Source: Actinomycetota bacterium
GTDB taxonomy: Bacteria > Actinomycetota > Acidimicrobiia > Acidimicrobiales > Ilumatobacteraceae
Assembly (NCBI GenBank): GCA_037140375.1
Contig: JBAXER010000006.1
Span: forward strand, 975-64,974
Length of the DNA stretch: 64,000 bases
Direction: 5' to 3'
Shown here: positions 9,072 through 18,664 of the stretch, piece after piece
Layout: every line of letters starts with the position of its first letter
How positions within the stretch are numbered: position 1 is the first letter of the stretch
Translations under genes and position numbers: made by a program
The notes under the pieces: generated by a model
Seen by the model: only the letters and a program-made list of their open reading frames with translations
Told to the model about the DNA's origin: nothing
The model's database searches: none

Positions 9072-11324
9072 TCAGCGCACCAATGTGACCCCGGCACGTT
9101 TCACGGCCACCGTGCGTCCATCAAGAACAACTGAGGCGTTGGTTGGGTTCGCCATGGGGGGTAACAGCACGGTGACATTCCGCTCGGCGGCAGGCTCGAG
9201 CGTTCCACTGAATTCAAGGTGGAGCGTGGCCGTAGTTTCGGGCTCGATATCGACAAGGAACGAATACACGTGCCATCCGTGTTCGGCGCCGGGTTCGGAT
9301 CCAACTTGCTCGCTATCAAGCGTTGCCGCGTCGAGTTCGAGCGCCGAATAGATCGAGACGAAGAGTTCGCTTGAGCCTCGTGGAAGACCGGCAAGGTTGC
9401 TGACGATGTAGTCGGGCATGTCGATCGACGAGGTGGCAGTGTTGTGTAATGACAAGGTGAATTGGGCATGGGTGGTGCCGTTGGTTGGATCAACGCTGGT
9501 GGAATAGTCGAAGCCTGTTTTGAGGAACGCATCGATCTTGCTTCCTCCGGCATTATCCATTGCTAAGCCAATGCCTTCACCACCATTGAGGGATGGCAGC
9601 GGCCCACTCATCCCAATATCGGCGAACATCTGCTGCTCGGCTGGCTGCTGTGACCAGCCAATGAGGCGCCGAGTTTGCGCAAATGGCCCGAGAACCTTGG
9701 CGAGCCGCTCGGGAGATGGCAATGCACCATCAAGGAGTTGCTCAAATGTGGTTTTGGCGATTGTCTCGAGCAGATCTATGCGCTGAGCGTTTTGATCGAT
9801 GTGATATTGGCCGCGCAGCAAAAAGTCGACGGCATTGTCGCTTGAGATCAATGTGCCGTTGTCGTCGATAGGGATCGGGTCAGTGAATTGCATCAGGGCG
9901 GCAAGCACTTCAATGTCCATGGCGAACACGCCATCAAGATGCTTGCCGCCGCTTTGTGGATAGAGCTGAGAGATGATGTCGCCAACATCGGGAAAGTGGG
10001 GAGAAACGGTGATGCTGTGCCACGCGTCGGAGCTCACGGTGCCGCCTGGGCCCGTATCGAAATTGAAGCGCCCGTAGCGCGCGAGGAACTCGGCGGGACC
10101 CTTGAGGGCCTTGGTGCTGGGGTCGCCACGGTCCTCGAGGTCTTGGGTTCGACCAAAATCGCTCATGCTGATGTGGCCATTGTCGATGGTGAGTTCGGCC
10201 CAGTTGCCCATGAAGCCGCCGAGTCCGCGGAGCTCAGCGGGCGTGGTGAACGCAATGAAGTACACGCGTGTGCCCTGAGCCCCCAGAATCGCGGGAGCAA
10301 CGTTGATGGCTTCGGCGGCATTGTTGCTGCGAGTGCGCTGCTGATCAATCTGCAATGACAGTGCGTCGAGTCGTTGAGTGAAGGGCGAGACCAGCCATGG
10401 ACTGCGGATTGCTTTGACGGTTGAGTCAAGGTGGGCGAGGGCTTCTTGCATCTGTGTGAGTGGCGCTTGCAGCGCATTGACGGCAGCGATATCGATGCGG
10501 CCGTTGTTCACTCGGAGTTTTTCAAGATCTATCTGCGGCAGGACCGTGGCCAGAGTGTGTGTGATTGAAGCTGCCTCGTGTGCGAGCGCAACCAACGAAT
10601 TTCGGTTCTGAGCAAGGCCTGGCACAAGGCGGGCAGGTTGCGCCACGATGTGATCAATCGAGTCGCTTGCGGCTGCGAACGAAGCGCTTGCGGCTGCGAA
10701 CGAATTCTGCGCACCAGCAAGATCGCCTTCGCCGAGCCGGCTGAGACCTTGGCGTGCGAAGCGGTTGCCCGATGTGATCTCACTTCGACCCGCAGTAGCG
10801 GCAAGTGCGAATCCAATGACCGCAACAGCCGCAGCGACGAGGGCGCCACCGACCATTCTGTAGGCGACGCGACGGTGGGCTGCGGAGCGCCTTCGAAGGC
10901 CGAGCGACGCCACGACAACGCAACTGCTCAGCGCGATCAGCGACGTGAAACCAAAGAACCACCGATGGCCAAGATTGACGAGAACGAGAAGTGATGTGGC
11001 GACTGAGAGAGCACGGAGAGCAAGCAGCCATTGATGCCGAATTCCCGCGGTGAATCCGGCTGCGACGGCACATGCTCCGGCAAGGATCCAGACTCCAGCC
11101 GACAACACCATCGCTATCGCTGCCAGTGCAACAAGTGACCAGCGCGGTGCGGTTGCCGAGGCCCACACGACGGCCCCTACTGTGAACAACACGAAGACGA
11201 TGTCGATGGCGTGGTTGCCGGTGGGATGTGGTCCGGATGCGACCGCAAGAATGCCAGCAATACCACTGACAGTGGCAACTATTTGGGCGTTGGTTCCGGA
11301 GACATTGATTTGGCGTCGCCCCAC
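9072..11324 (-). CDS. DUF4012 domain-containing membrane protein
   Basis: 750 aa with a GTG start. The N-terminal ~170 aa hold about five TM helices, followed by a large extracytoplasmic part. That part contains the FTTPAELRGLGGFMGNWAELT block I associate with DUF4012. Confidence 0.75.
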   Translation of the reverse strand: MGRRQINVSGTNAQIVATVSGIAGILAVASGPHPTGNHAIDIVFVLFTVGAVVWASATAPRWSLVALAAIAMVLSAGVWILAGACAVAAGFTAGIRHQWLLALRALSVATSLLVLVNLGHRWFFGFTSLIALSSCVVVASLGLRRRSAAHRRVAYRMVGGALVAAAVAVIGFALAATAGRSEITSGNRFARQGLSRLGEGDLAGAQNSFAAASASFAAASDSIDHIVAQPARLVPGLAQNRNSLVALAHEAASITHTLATVLPQIDLEKLRVNNGRIDIAAVNALQAPLTQMQEALAHLDSTVKAIRSPWLVSPFTQRLDALSLQIDQQRTRSNNAAEAINVAPAILGAQGTRVYFIAFTTPAELRGLGGFMGNWAELTIDNGHISMSDFGRTQDLEDRGDPSTKALKGPAEFLARYGRFNFDTGPGGTVSSDAWHSITVSPHFPDVGDIISQLYPQSGGKHLDGVFAMDIEVLAALMQFTDPIPIDDNGTLISSDNAVDFLLRGQYHIDQNAQRIDLLETIAKTTFEQLLDGALPSPERLAKVLGPFAQTRRLIGWSQQPAEQQMFADIGMSGPLPSLNGGEGIGLAMDNAGGSKIDAFLKTGFDYSTSVDPTNGTTHAQFTLSLHNTATSSIDMPDYIVSNLAGLPRGSSELFVSIYSALELDAATLDSEQVGSEPGAEHGWHVYSFLVDIEPETTATLHLEFSGTLEPAAERNVTVLLPPMANPTNASVVLDGRTVAVKRAGVTLVR
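10664..10705. repeat. 21-bp tandem duplication inside the DUF4012 gene
   Basis: cgcttgcggctgcgaacgaag is followed directly by cgcttgcggctgcgaacgaat. On the coding strand this encodes the 7-aa tandem SFAAASA/SFAAASD. Confidence 0.9.
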
Positions 11325-11490
11325 ATGACGAAGCTAGACGATTGTTCCTGAATCGTGATACCAGTTGCCTGCATGTTGTGAATTCGCGCACCTAAATCGC
11401 AACGGCTTATCAACGATGTATGTCATTTTCAGGGTTTCAAGATGCCAACATCGAAGCGTGGTACTGTCTCACTGATTTCGGGCTCTAGGT

Positions 11491-11910
11491 ATGGAAAAGG
11501 TTTTGATGATGAAGCGCATCGTTCGTGTAGCTGCTCTCTCGGCTTTGTTGGCAACCACAGCTCTTGCTGGTGTCTCATCAGGTGCGTCGGCGCGTTCGCG
11601 CAGCGACGAAGGCCACGCCGACAAGGGCCATCGCCATGGCCACGGTCATTCGGGCCAGTACTTCTGCCCAGCAATGGTGCTGCTCGCTAAGACCGGTAAC
11701 ACGGTCACCATCACCCTCCCCGGATTTGTGCCCGGCGCCACCGTCACGGTGACCAATGAGAAGCACAAGTCCGTTCCGTTCACCGGCTTGAGCATTGACA
11801 CCACTTCGCTCAAGGGCGAATACGAGGTTCAGGCCACTGGCTCGAGCTCGTGCCGCCCAGGTCACAAGGTTCACGCCGAAGCCGAGTTCAAGGTCGGCAA
11901 GAAGAAGTAA
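11491..11910 (+). CDS. small secreted His-rich protein, unknown function
   Basis: 139 aa; the start may instead be ATG 11506 or 11509, after GGAAAAGG. The signal peptide KRIVRVAALSALLATTALAGVSSGASA ends in an AxA site. A His-rich tract (HADKGHRHGHGHSG) follows, then a ~90-aa beta-rich domain with 2 Cys. Confidence 0.6.
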   Translation: MEKVLMMKRIVRVAALSALLATTALAGVSSGASARSRSDEGHADKGHRHGHGHSGQYFCPAMVLLAKTGNTVTITLPGFVPGATVTVTNEKHKSVPFTGLSIDTTSLKGEYEVQATGSSSCRPGHKVHAEAEFKVGKKK

Positions 11911-12040
11911 TTGCACGCTCGTACTCAAATGCGCGGGCGACCAGTTCGACTGCCGGCCATTGTTTCTGTGAGTCTGTGCCCCAACCGCTACGTCGATTGC
12001 TTCGACGCCGGCTGAGAGCATCGCTTCGAAGGAGACCATC

Positions 12041-12469
12041 ATGGGTCAGATCATCGGTCAGTTCTGTATCAACGTCACCGATCTTGAGCGCTCGATCGCC
12101 TTTTGGCAGGACGTCTGTGGCATTCCGCTGCGTAGCCGTACTCAGATTCCTACCGCGCTTGAAGCGGTGTTGCAGGCCGACGAGGGTGGCTCGCGTATTC
12201 AGCTTGCGCAGCAACTCGAGCAGCCCGGTCCTATCGATATGGGCACCGCAATGTGGAAGCTCTATCTCAATACCGACGACTGCTTTGCTCTGTACGAGCG
12301 CTGCCTCGCCGCCGGTTGCGAATCAGTGCAAGCGCCAGCACGCCTCGACCGGTGGCCAGTGACCGTGGCCTTCATTAAAGACTTCGACGGGTACCTCATT
12401 GAGCTCATCGAGTATCACGAGGGCACTCCAGCTGGCGTGCCAGACCCAGGGTCAACCAACCGCAAATGA
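12041..12469 (+). CDS. VOC family protein (glyoxalase/bleomycin resistance/dioxygenase fold)
   Basis: 142 aa. The N-terminus is INVTDLERSIAFWQDVCG and the C-terminus is FIKDFDGYLIELIEY, both typical of VOC proteins. Confidence 0.8.
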   Translation: MGQIIGQFCINVTDLERSIAFWQDVCGIPLRSRTQIPTALEAVLQADEGGSRIQLAQQLEQPGPIDMGTAMWKLYLNTDDCFALYERCLAAGCESVQAPARLDRWPVTVAFIKDFDGYLIELIEYHEGTPAGVPDPGSTNRK

Positions 12470-13029
12470 GTTGGTTGCCATCGCCGCTGCCGCAACGCTC
12501 AGAGGTTGATGGACTCACGTTCGTTCCGCTCACACCGCAACTGCTTTCGGGCGACTATGCGGCGGTGATGCGCGACATCGAGATGCTGCGCACATGGAGC
12601 GGCGAGAACTGGCCGACCGGCGAATTCACCGCCGACGACAACCTTGTCGATCTCGTTCGTCATGATCGCGAGCAACGCGAAGGTGTTGCGCTTACCTACA
12701 GCGTGCTCCGTAACGAAGTGGTTATTGGCTGCATCTATGTGCGACCGATAGCCGACGCACTACTTACCCGATCGGTCATTGTTGACCCGGCCGAATTGTC
12801 GGCAACAGACATCGTGGTGCGCGGGTGGAGCCACGACATCAGTGCGGCTGCACTCATCGCAGCGAGTCGGTCGTTCTTGCTGAGCGAGCCGTTTGAGTTC
12901 CCGATGCTGTGGTGGCAAACCAACATTGACGCTGCCGAGCAACTCGACGCTTGCGACAGTTTGGGTCTCTCGAAGCAGCTCAGCTTCTTCGGAGAATCCA
13001 CGATGTGGGTGCTCGCCACGCGGCCGTAG
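12466..13029 (+). CDS. hypothetical protein, possible GNAT-like acetyltransferase
   Basis: 187 aa. Its start overlaps the VOC gene stop (ATGA at 12466-12469). The family call is weak. Confidence 0.5.
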   Translation: MSWLPSPLPQRSEVDGLTFVPLTPQLLSGDYAAVMRDIEMLRTWSGENWPTGEFTADDNLVDLVRHDREQREGVALTYSVLRNEVVIGCIYVRPIADALLTRSVIVDPAELSATDIVVRGWSHDISAAALIAASRSFLLSEPFEFPMLWWQTNIDAAEQLDACDSLGLSKQLSFFGESTMWVLATRP

Positions 13030-13057
13030 GAATTGCTTGCGGAGCCACGTGGGTGAG

Positions 13058-14554
13058 TTAGGCGGGCCGCTTCCAGTGCACGCCAACAGCGGCGCCCAGC
13101 ACTGACACTTCATCAATGATGTCGTCGAGCATGTCCCACAGATCGGGCACGAGCTCGCGGCAGCTCACCAGCCCGAAGTCGAGCGAGTCGAGGTAGCTCT
13201 GCACGGTGATGTTGAGACCCTGACCATCGACCACGGTGGAAACGGGGTAGTAGTGCAGCATCCGCGAGCCAGCCGCGTAGAGCGGTTCGCGTGGGCCGGG
13301 CACGTTGGAGATCACGAGGTTCACTGGCGTGCCGAATCGACCCGTCAGGCGCAACGCGGTGCGCATCGCTTGGGCGAACACGGCTGGCGGGGCGAATTGG
13401 GCAAAGTCGGTGAGCGCCTCGGCGGGTACTGCATCGAACAACTGCTTGGCGCCGACCATCGAGTCGTGCACGCGCTGCACGCGTTGCAGCGGATCTGCTT
13501 CGTCGGTGGGCAGCCCGGCGAAGATTGCCGACACGCGGTTTGACCACTTGTCGGTCTCGGCGCCGGTACGAATAGACACGGGCACCATTGCAACCAATGG
13601 TGACTCGGGCAGTGCATCGTGGCGCTCAAGCCACGTGCGCAGGCCGCCAGCACACACTGCCATCACCACATCGTTGAGCGTGGCGCCGCAGGCATTCTTG
13701 ATCTCTTTGATCGTGCCGAGTGGCACTGATCCGTAGGCAAAGCGGCGGTGCGCGGTGATGTTGGCGTTGAACGGGGTTCGTGGCGCAGTAAGCGATGGGG
13801 GAGGGCCCACGGCCTCTTCGTCTTCGCGTTTGCGGCCGATGTTGAGCATGGCTCCGAGCGGGCCGCGCAAGCTGGCGCGGGCGTGATCGGCGGCAGCGAC
13901 GAGTGCAGGGTTGCGGGTGGCGCGGCCAAGGTCGCGCGCGGTTCGTGCACCGAGCAACAACGCTCGACCAGGCTTGCGAATGAGCTTGCCCGCAGCTCGG
14001 GCGATCATCTCGTTATCCGAAGGGATTCGCTCGGGCTTCCACTCGGAGGTGGCGGCTTCGAACTCGCCGCCATCGGGTTGGTGATCGAGCATCAGCATCA
14101 GCAGTTCAGAACCCGATGCGCCATCGATGGTGGCGTGATGAACCTTGGTGAGAATGGCGAACCGATTCTCAGGTAGACCCTCGATGACGTAGGTCTCCCA
14201 CAATGGGCGGCCGCGGTCGAGCGGGCGGCCCACGATGCGCGACACGAGTTCGCCGATCTGATGGTCGTTGCCTGGCGATGGAACTGCGGTGTGACGCACA
14301 TGAAAGTCGAGATCGAAGTTTGGGTCCTCGACCCAAAACGGATGGTCGAGGCCGAACGGCACTTCGCGGATGCGGCGCCGAAGCGGTTCGAGCAAATGCA
14401 GACGCTGAGCGATCTGTTCGCGCCACTCGCTCAGTGGGTCGTAGCCGGGCTGATCTGATGGGCGCTCGTACACCGAGAGGCTCGACACGTGGCCGAACTG
14501 AGCAGCGGTCTCCATGTAGAGAAACGATGCATCGACACCAGATAGTTGCTTCAA
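13058..14554 (-). CDS. wax ester synthase/diacylglycerol O-acyltransferase (WS/DGAT)
   Basis: 498 aa with the catalytic HHATIDGASG (HHxxxDG) motif. It uses a TTG start preceded by GGGGAG at 6-nt spacing. It lies 18 nt downstream of the ABC pair on the same strand. Confidence 0.9.
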   Translation of the reverse strand: MKQLSGVDASFLYMETAAQFGHVSSLSVYERPSDQPGYDPLSEWREQIAQRLHLLEPLRRRIREVPFGLDHPFWVEDPNFDLDFHVRHTAVPSPGNDHQIGELVSRIVGRPLDRGRPLWETYVIEGLPENRFAILTKVHHATIDGASGSELLMLMLDHQPDGGEFEAATSEWKPERIPSDNEMIARAAGKLIRKPGRALLLGARTARDLGRATRNPALVAAADHARASLRGPLGAMLNIGRKREDEEAVGPPPSLTAPRTPFNANITAHRRFAYGSVPLGTIKEIKNACGATLNDVVMAVCAGGLRTWLERHDALPESPLVAMVPVSIRTGAETDKWSNRVSAIFAGLPTDEADPLQRVQRVHDSMVGAKQLFDAVPAEALTDFAQFAPPAVFAQAMRTALRLTGRFGTPVNLVISNVPGPREPLYAAGSRMLHYYPVSTVVDGQGLNITVQSYLDSLDFGLVSCRELVPDLWDMLDDIIDEVSVLGAAVGVHWKRPA

Positions 14555-14572
14555 CAGGTTCTCCCCGAGGTG

Positions 14573-16447
14573 TTAGATATCGACAGCAGCTGCCGCGAAC
14601 TGTGCGTTGTAGAGCGCATAATACGCACCACGCTTGGCAAGTAGTTCATGGTGGTTGCCCTGCTCAACAATGCTCCCGGCGTCCATCACCAAAATCAGGT
14701 CGGCATCGCGAATGGTGCTGAGTCGATGAGCGATCACAAAGCTGGTGCGCTTTGATCGCAGTGCGGCCATTGCGTGCTGGATCAGTACTTCAGTGCGGGT
14801 GTCGACGGAGCTTGTTGCTTCGTCGAGAATCAAGATGGCCGGGTCGGCCAAGAACGCTCGGGCGATGGTGATGAGCTGCTTCTCGCCAGCACTGATCGCG
14901 CCGCCTTCGTCGTCGATACGAGTGTCGTAGCCCGCGGACAACGAATGCACGAATCGGTCGACGTAGGTAGCTCGAGCTGCTTCGAGAATTTGCTCCTCGG
15001 TGCAACCAACGAGCCCGTAGGCGATGTTCTCGCGAATGGTTCCGCTGAACAGCCAAGTGTCTTGCAGCACCATGCCCACGTTGCTGCGCAGGTCTCGTCG
15101 AGGCATCTGCGAGATGTCGACACCGTCGAGGCGGATGGCGCCTCCGCCGATTTCGTAGAAGCGCATGATGAGGTTGACCAGCGTGGTCTTGCCGGCTCCG
15201 GTGGGTCCAACAATGGCCACGGTCTGGCCGGGCTCGGCGATGAGCGATAGGTCGGTGATGAGCGGATTCGCTTGGTCGTACGAGAACGACACATGGTCGA
15301 ATTCAACTCGGCCGCGTGGCTCTGGTGTGGTCTCGGGAGTCGGCGCATCAGCGCTTTGCTCGGGAGCATCGAGCAACTCAAAGACTCGCTCGGCCGAAGC
15401 AATGCCCGATTGCAACACGTTGGCCATCGAGGCGAGTTGGGTGAGCGGCTGCGTGAACTGACGCGAGTACTGAATGAACGCCTGCACATCGCCAAGGCTC
15501 ATTGCTCCCGACGAAACGCGCAGCCCACCGATGACGGCGATGGCCACGAAGTTGAGGTTGCCGAGGAACATCATCGCGGGCTGAATGAGGCCAGCGATGA
15601 ACTGCGCTCCGAAACTTGCTTCGTAGAGCTGGTCGTTCTTGTCGCTGAAGCGCTTCTCGATCTCGCGTTGGCGACCAAAAACCTTGACCAGTGCGTGACC
15701 GGTGAAGGCCTCTTCGATCTGTGCATTCAGTGCGCCAGTGTGTGACCACTGCGCGATGAAACGCAGCTTTGAACGCTTGGTCACGACCCGAATGACATAG
15801 AACGACAACGGGATGGTGATGACGGCAACGCTTGCGAGCACTGGCGAGATGATGTACATCATGATGACCACGCCAACCAGGCTGAGCGTTGAGGTGAGCA
15901 CCATGCTCAGCGATTGCTGCATGCTCTGCGAGATGTTGTCGATGTCGTTGGTCACGCGGCTGAGCATGTCGCCACGCGGTTGCGAGTCGACATAGCTCAA
16001 GGACAAACGGTTGAGCTTGTCTTCGACATCGGCGCGTAGGCGATACATCGTTCGTTGAACCACCTTGGCCAACGTGAACGATTGCAGCAACGAAAGAGTC
16101 GCCGACGCAATGTAGAGAACCACAACGCCGAGCAACACATTGCGCAGGGCGTGGAAGTCAATGCCGACATCGCGGTTGATCAAACCTTTGAAGATGATGT
16201 CGGTGCCATGGCCGAGAATTCGAGGCCCAAGAACCGACAAGGTGACGCTGCCCAATGCCAGCACCACGCCCATGATCGCACCGAATCGTTCGGGTCGAAG
16301 TTGAGCGAGCAGGCGGCGTGATGAGCCGCCAAAGTCTTTCGATTTCTCGGCGGGCATGCCCATGCTGGCCATGCGCCCAGCGGGACCCATGTTGCGGAGC
16401 TCGGACCCTGGCTGCTTGGGTGCTGCGGTTGCGGCTGGATCGCTCAT
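14573..16447 (-). CDS. ABC transporter permease/ATP-binding protein (heterodimeric exporter, subunit 2)
   Basis: The start was chosen at MSDPAATAA because it overlaps the upstream stop (ATGA at 16444-16447). Motifs are Walker A GPTGAGKTT, signature ISAGEKQL and Walker B LILDEATS. Confidence 0.9.
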   Translation of the reverse strand: MSDPAATAAPKQPGSELRNMGPAGRMASMGMPAEKSKDFGGSSRRLLAQLRPERFGAIMGVVLALGSVTLSVLGPRILGHGTDIIFKGLINRDVGIDFHALRNVLLGVVVLYIASATLSLLQSFTLAKVVQRTMYRLRADVEDKLNRLSLSYVDSQPRGDMLSRVTNDIDNISQSMQQSLSMVLTSTLSLVGVVIMMYIISPVLASVAVITIPLSFYVIRVVTKRSKLRFIAQWSHTGALNAQIEEAFTGHALVKVFGRQREIEKRFSDKNDQLYEASFGAQFIAGLIQPAMMFLGNLNFVAIAVIGGLRVSSGAMSLGDVQAFIQYSRQFTQPLTQLASMANVLQSGIASAERVFELLDAPEQSADAPTPETTPEPRGRVEFDHVSFSYDQANPLITDLSLIAEPGQTVAIVGPTGAGKTTLVNLIMRFYEIGGGAIRLDGVDISQMPRRDLRSNVGMVLQDTWLFSGTIRENIAYGLVGCTEEQILEAARATYVDRFVHSLSAGYDTRIDDEGGAISAGEKQLITIARAFLADPAILILDEATSSVDTRTEVLIQHAMAALRSKRTSFVIAHRLSTIRDADLILVMDAGSIVEQGNHHELLAKRGAYYALYNAQFAAAAVDI

Positions 16448-18177
16448 GCTGCGTCCTCGGCGCTCATCTGTGACGCAACGATCTCGGCATACGTGGGACA
16501 CGTAGCGAGCAGCTCGGAGTGAGTGCCAAGGCCCACGGCAGCGCCGTCTTCGATCACCAGAATCTGGTTCGCGTTGATGATGGTGGACACGCGCTGCGCG
16601 ACGATGACCACCGTTGCATTCGCGGTGTGCGGGGCAAGCGCGGCGCGGAGGCGGGCGTCGGTGGCGAGGTCGAGCGCCGAGAACGAGTCGTCGAACAAAT
16701 AGATCTCGGGCTTACGTACCAAGGCTCGAGCGATCGCCAGCCGTTGGCGCTGTCCGCCAGAAACGTTGGAGCCACCTTGGGCGATTGGGGCATCGAGTTG
16801 GCCCGGCATGGCGGAGACGAAATCGGTGGCTTGGGCGATTGCGAGTGCGGCCCAGAGGTCATCGTCGGTGGCATCTGGGTCGGCGAAGCGGAGGTTGCTG
16901 GCAACGGTGCCCGAGAAGAGATACGGCTTTTGGGGAACCAATCCGATGCGTCCCCAGAGCAGATCGGGGTCGAGGTCGCGAACGTCGACACCGTTCACGA
17001 TCACTGAGCCCGACGTGGCGTCGAAGAGCCGTGGGATCAAACTCAGCAACGTTGTCTTGCCAGAGCCAGTGCTGCCGATGATTGCGGTGGTTTGTCCGGC
17101 GGTGGCGCGCAGCGAGATGCCGCCGAGCACCGGAGCAACGGCGCCGGGGTAGTGAAAGCCAACGTCGCGTAGTTCGAGCGTGCTGTGACTGGTGAGGTCG
17201 GTGGAGGGGTGAGCGGAGCGCACAACCGATGAATCGGTGTCGAGCACTTCGTTGATTCGTTCGGCGCACACAGCGGCCCGGGGGATGAGCACTGCCATGA
17301 ACGTGGCCATCATCACCGACATCAAAATCTGAGCGAGGTAGCTGAGGAACGCAATGAGCGCACCGATTTTCATCTCGCCTCTGTCGATGCGCCCGGCGCC
17401 GAACCACAACACGGCCACGCTTGAGGCGTTGAGAATGAACATCACCGAGGGGAACATCACTGCCTGCAAGCGCCCGGCCCGCAGCGCTGCGCCGGTGACC
17501 TCGGTGTTGACCTCGGCGAAACGATCGACCTCGACGGGTTCGCGGACAAACGCACGCACCACGCGGATTCCCGTGATCTGCTCGCGCAGCACGCGGTTGA
17601 CGGTGTCGATGCGGGTTTGCATCACCTGGAATTGCGGCACCATTTTTGAAACCACGATGCCCACGCACAGCAATAGCAACGGAACGCCGACGGCCAAAAT
17701 CCACGACAGCCCACGGTCTTCGCGCAGCGCCATGATGATGCCGCCAACGGCCGTGATAGGCGCGGCAACCAGCATGGTGCAGGTCATCATCACGAACATC
17801 TGCACTTGCTGCACATCGTTGGTGATTCGGGTGATGAGTGATGGAGCGCCAAATTGGCCAACCTCGCGGGCCGAGAACTCGCTGACGTGATTGAAGATGC
17901 CACGGCGTACGTCGCGCCCAAAGCCCATCGAGGCCCGAGACCCGTAGTACACAGCGGCACAGGCGGTGGCTACTTGAAGCACGGTGACGGCGATCATGAG
18001 TGCGCCGGTTTTCCAGATGTAGCCCGTGTCGCCAGTGGCGACGCCTTGGTCAATGATCGATGCATTTAGAGAGGGTAAATACAGCCCTGCCAGCGACTGA
18101 ATCGTCTGCATCACCACCACTGCGAGGAGTGCGCCGCGATATCGCCCGAGATACGAGCGCAGCAGACGAGCAAGCAT
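16444..18177 (-). CDS. ABC transporter permease/ATP-binding protein (heterodimeric exporter, subunit 1)
   Basis: 577 aa with a TMD followed by an NBD. Motifs are Walker A GSTGSGKTT, signature VSGGQRQR and Walker B YLFDDSFS. Confidence 0.9.
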   Translation of the reverse strand: MLARLLRSYLGRYRGALLAVVVMQTIQSLAGLYLPSLNASIIDQGVATGDTGYIWKTGALMIAVTVLQVATACAAVYYGSRASMGFGRDVRRGIFNHVSEFSAREVGQFGAPSLITRITNDVQQVQMFVMMTCTMLVAAPITAVGGIIMALREDRGLSWILAVGVPLLLLCVGIVVSKMVPQFQVMQTRIDTVNRVLREQITGIRVVRAFVREPVEVDRFAEVNTEVTGAALRAGRLQAVMFPSVMFILNASSVAVLWFGAGRIDRGEMKIGALIAFLSYLAQILMSVMMATFMAVLIPRAAVCAERINEVLDTDSSVVRSAHPSTDLTSHSTLELRDVGFHYPGAVAPVLGGISLRATAGQTTAIIGSTGSGKTTLLSLIPRLFDATSGSVIVNGVDVRDLDPDLLWGRIGLVPQKPYLFSGTVASNLRFADPDATDDDLWAALAIAQATDFVSAMPGQLDAPIAQGGSNVSGGQRQRLAIARALVRKPEIYLFDDSFSALDLATDARLRAALAPHTANATVVIVAQRVSTIINANQILVIEDGAAVGLGTHSELLATCPTYAEIVASQMSAEDAA

Positions 18178-18274
18178 GAGTTCTCCAGGGGTGGGGGATA
18201 CGAAGGGCTACACGATGGTACGCGCCGCGCTGGCCAAATCCCGATTTGTCCCACTTCACGGGGTATGGAGTGAC

Positions 18275-18544
18275 ATGCTGCACACCATGCGACGTTCTAT
18301 TGACGACTACCCGTTTTCTGAGGCCGATCGACCGGCAGGCGATGAAGATGCCGCCCGGCTTTCGTGGGCGATTTCGATTAGTGACGACTACGACGACGCC
18401 GAACCGCGGGTGGTGCTCACCGTTGAAGAGGTAGGCCTGCCGGGCGAGGGGCTCGTCGCCCATCTGCCGCCACATCTGGCGCGCCGCTTACGAGGCGCAA
18501 TTCACGACGCACTCAAGGAAATTGGAGAAGACCCAGGTCGTTGA
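18275..18544 (+). CDS. small acidic hypothetical protein
   Basis: Taken from the 122-aa track ORF at 18176-18544. ATG at 18275 follows GGAG at 4-nt spacing, whereas the 18176 start would overlap the divergent ABC start codon. No family recognised and coding status is uncertain. Confidence 0.35.
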   Translation: MLHTMRRSIDDYPFSEADRPAGDEDAARLSWAISISDDYDDAEPRVVLTVEEVGLPGEGLVAHLPPHLARRLRGAIHDALKEIGEDPGR

Positions 18545-18664
18545 TTTCGCTGGCTAATGTTGCCGCGACCGTTGGGGAACTGTCCTCGCTGGTCTATTGT
18601 TGACCGAGTTAGTCGGATTTAGTCCGATGTTTGTTTCTGTCCCTCTCTTGCCTGGAGGCCGCCC

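Noticed and set aside
18545-18664. Possible riboswitch or leader upstream of sirA
   Set aside because: Only a short hairpin (tcggatttagtccga) and the GGAGG SD are visible. I could not see any conserved riboswitch core, whether SAM, cobalamin or another class.
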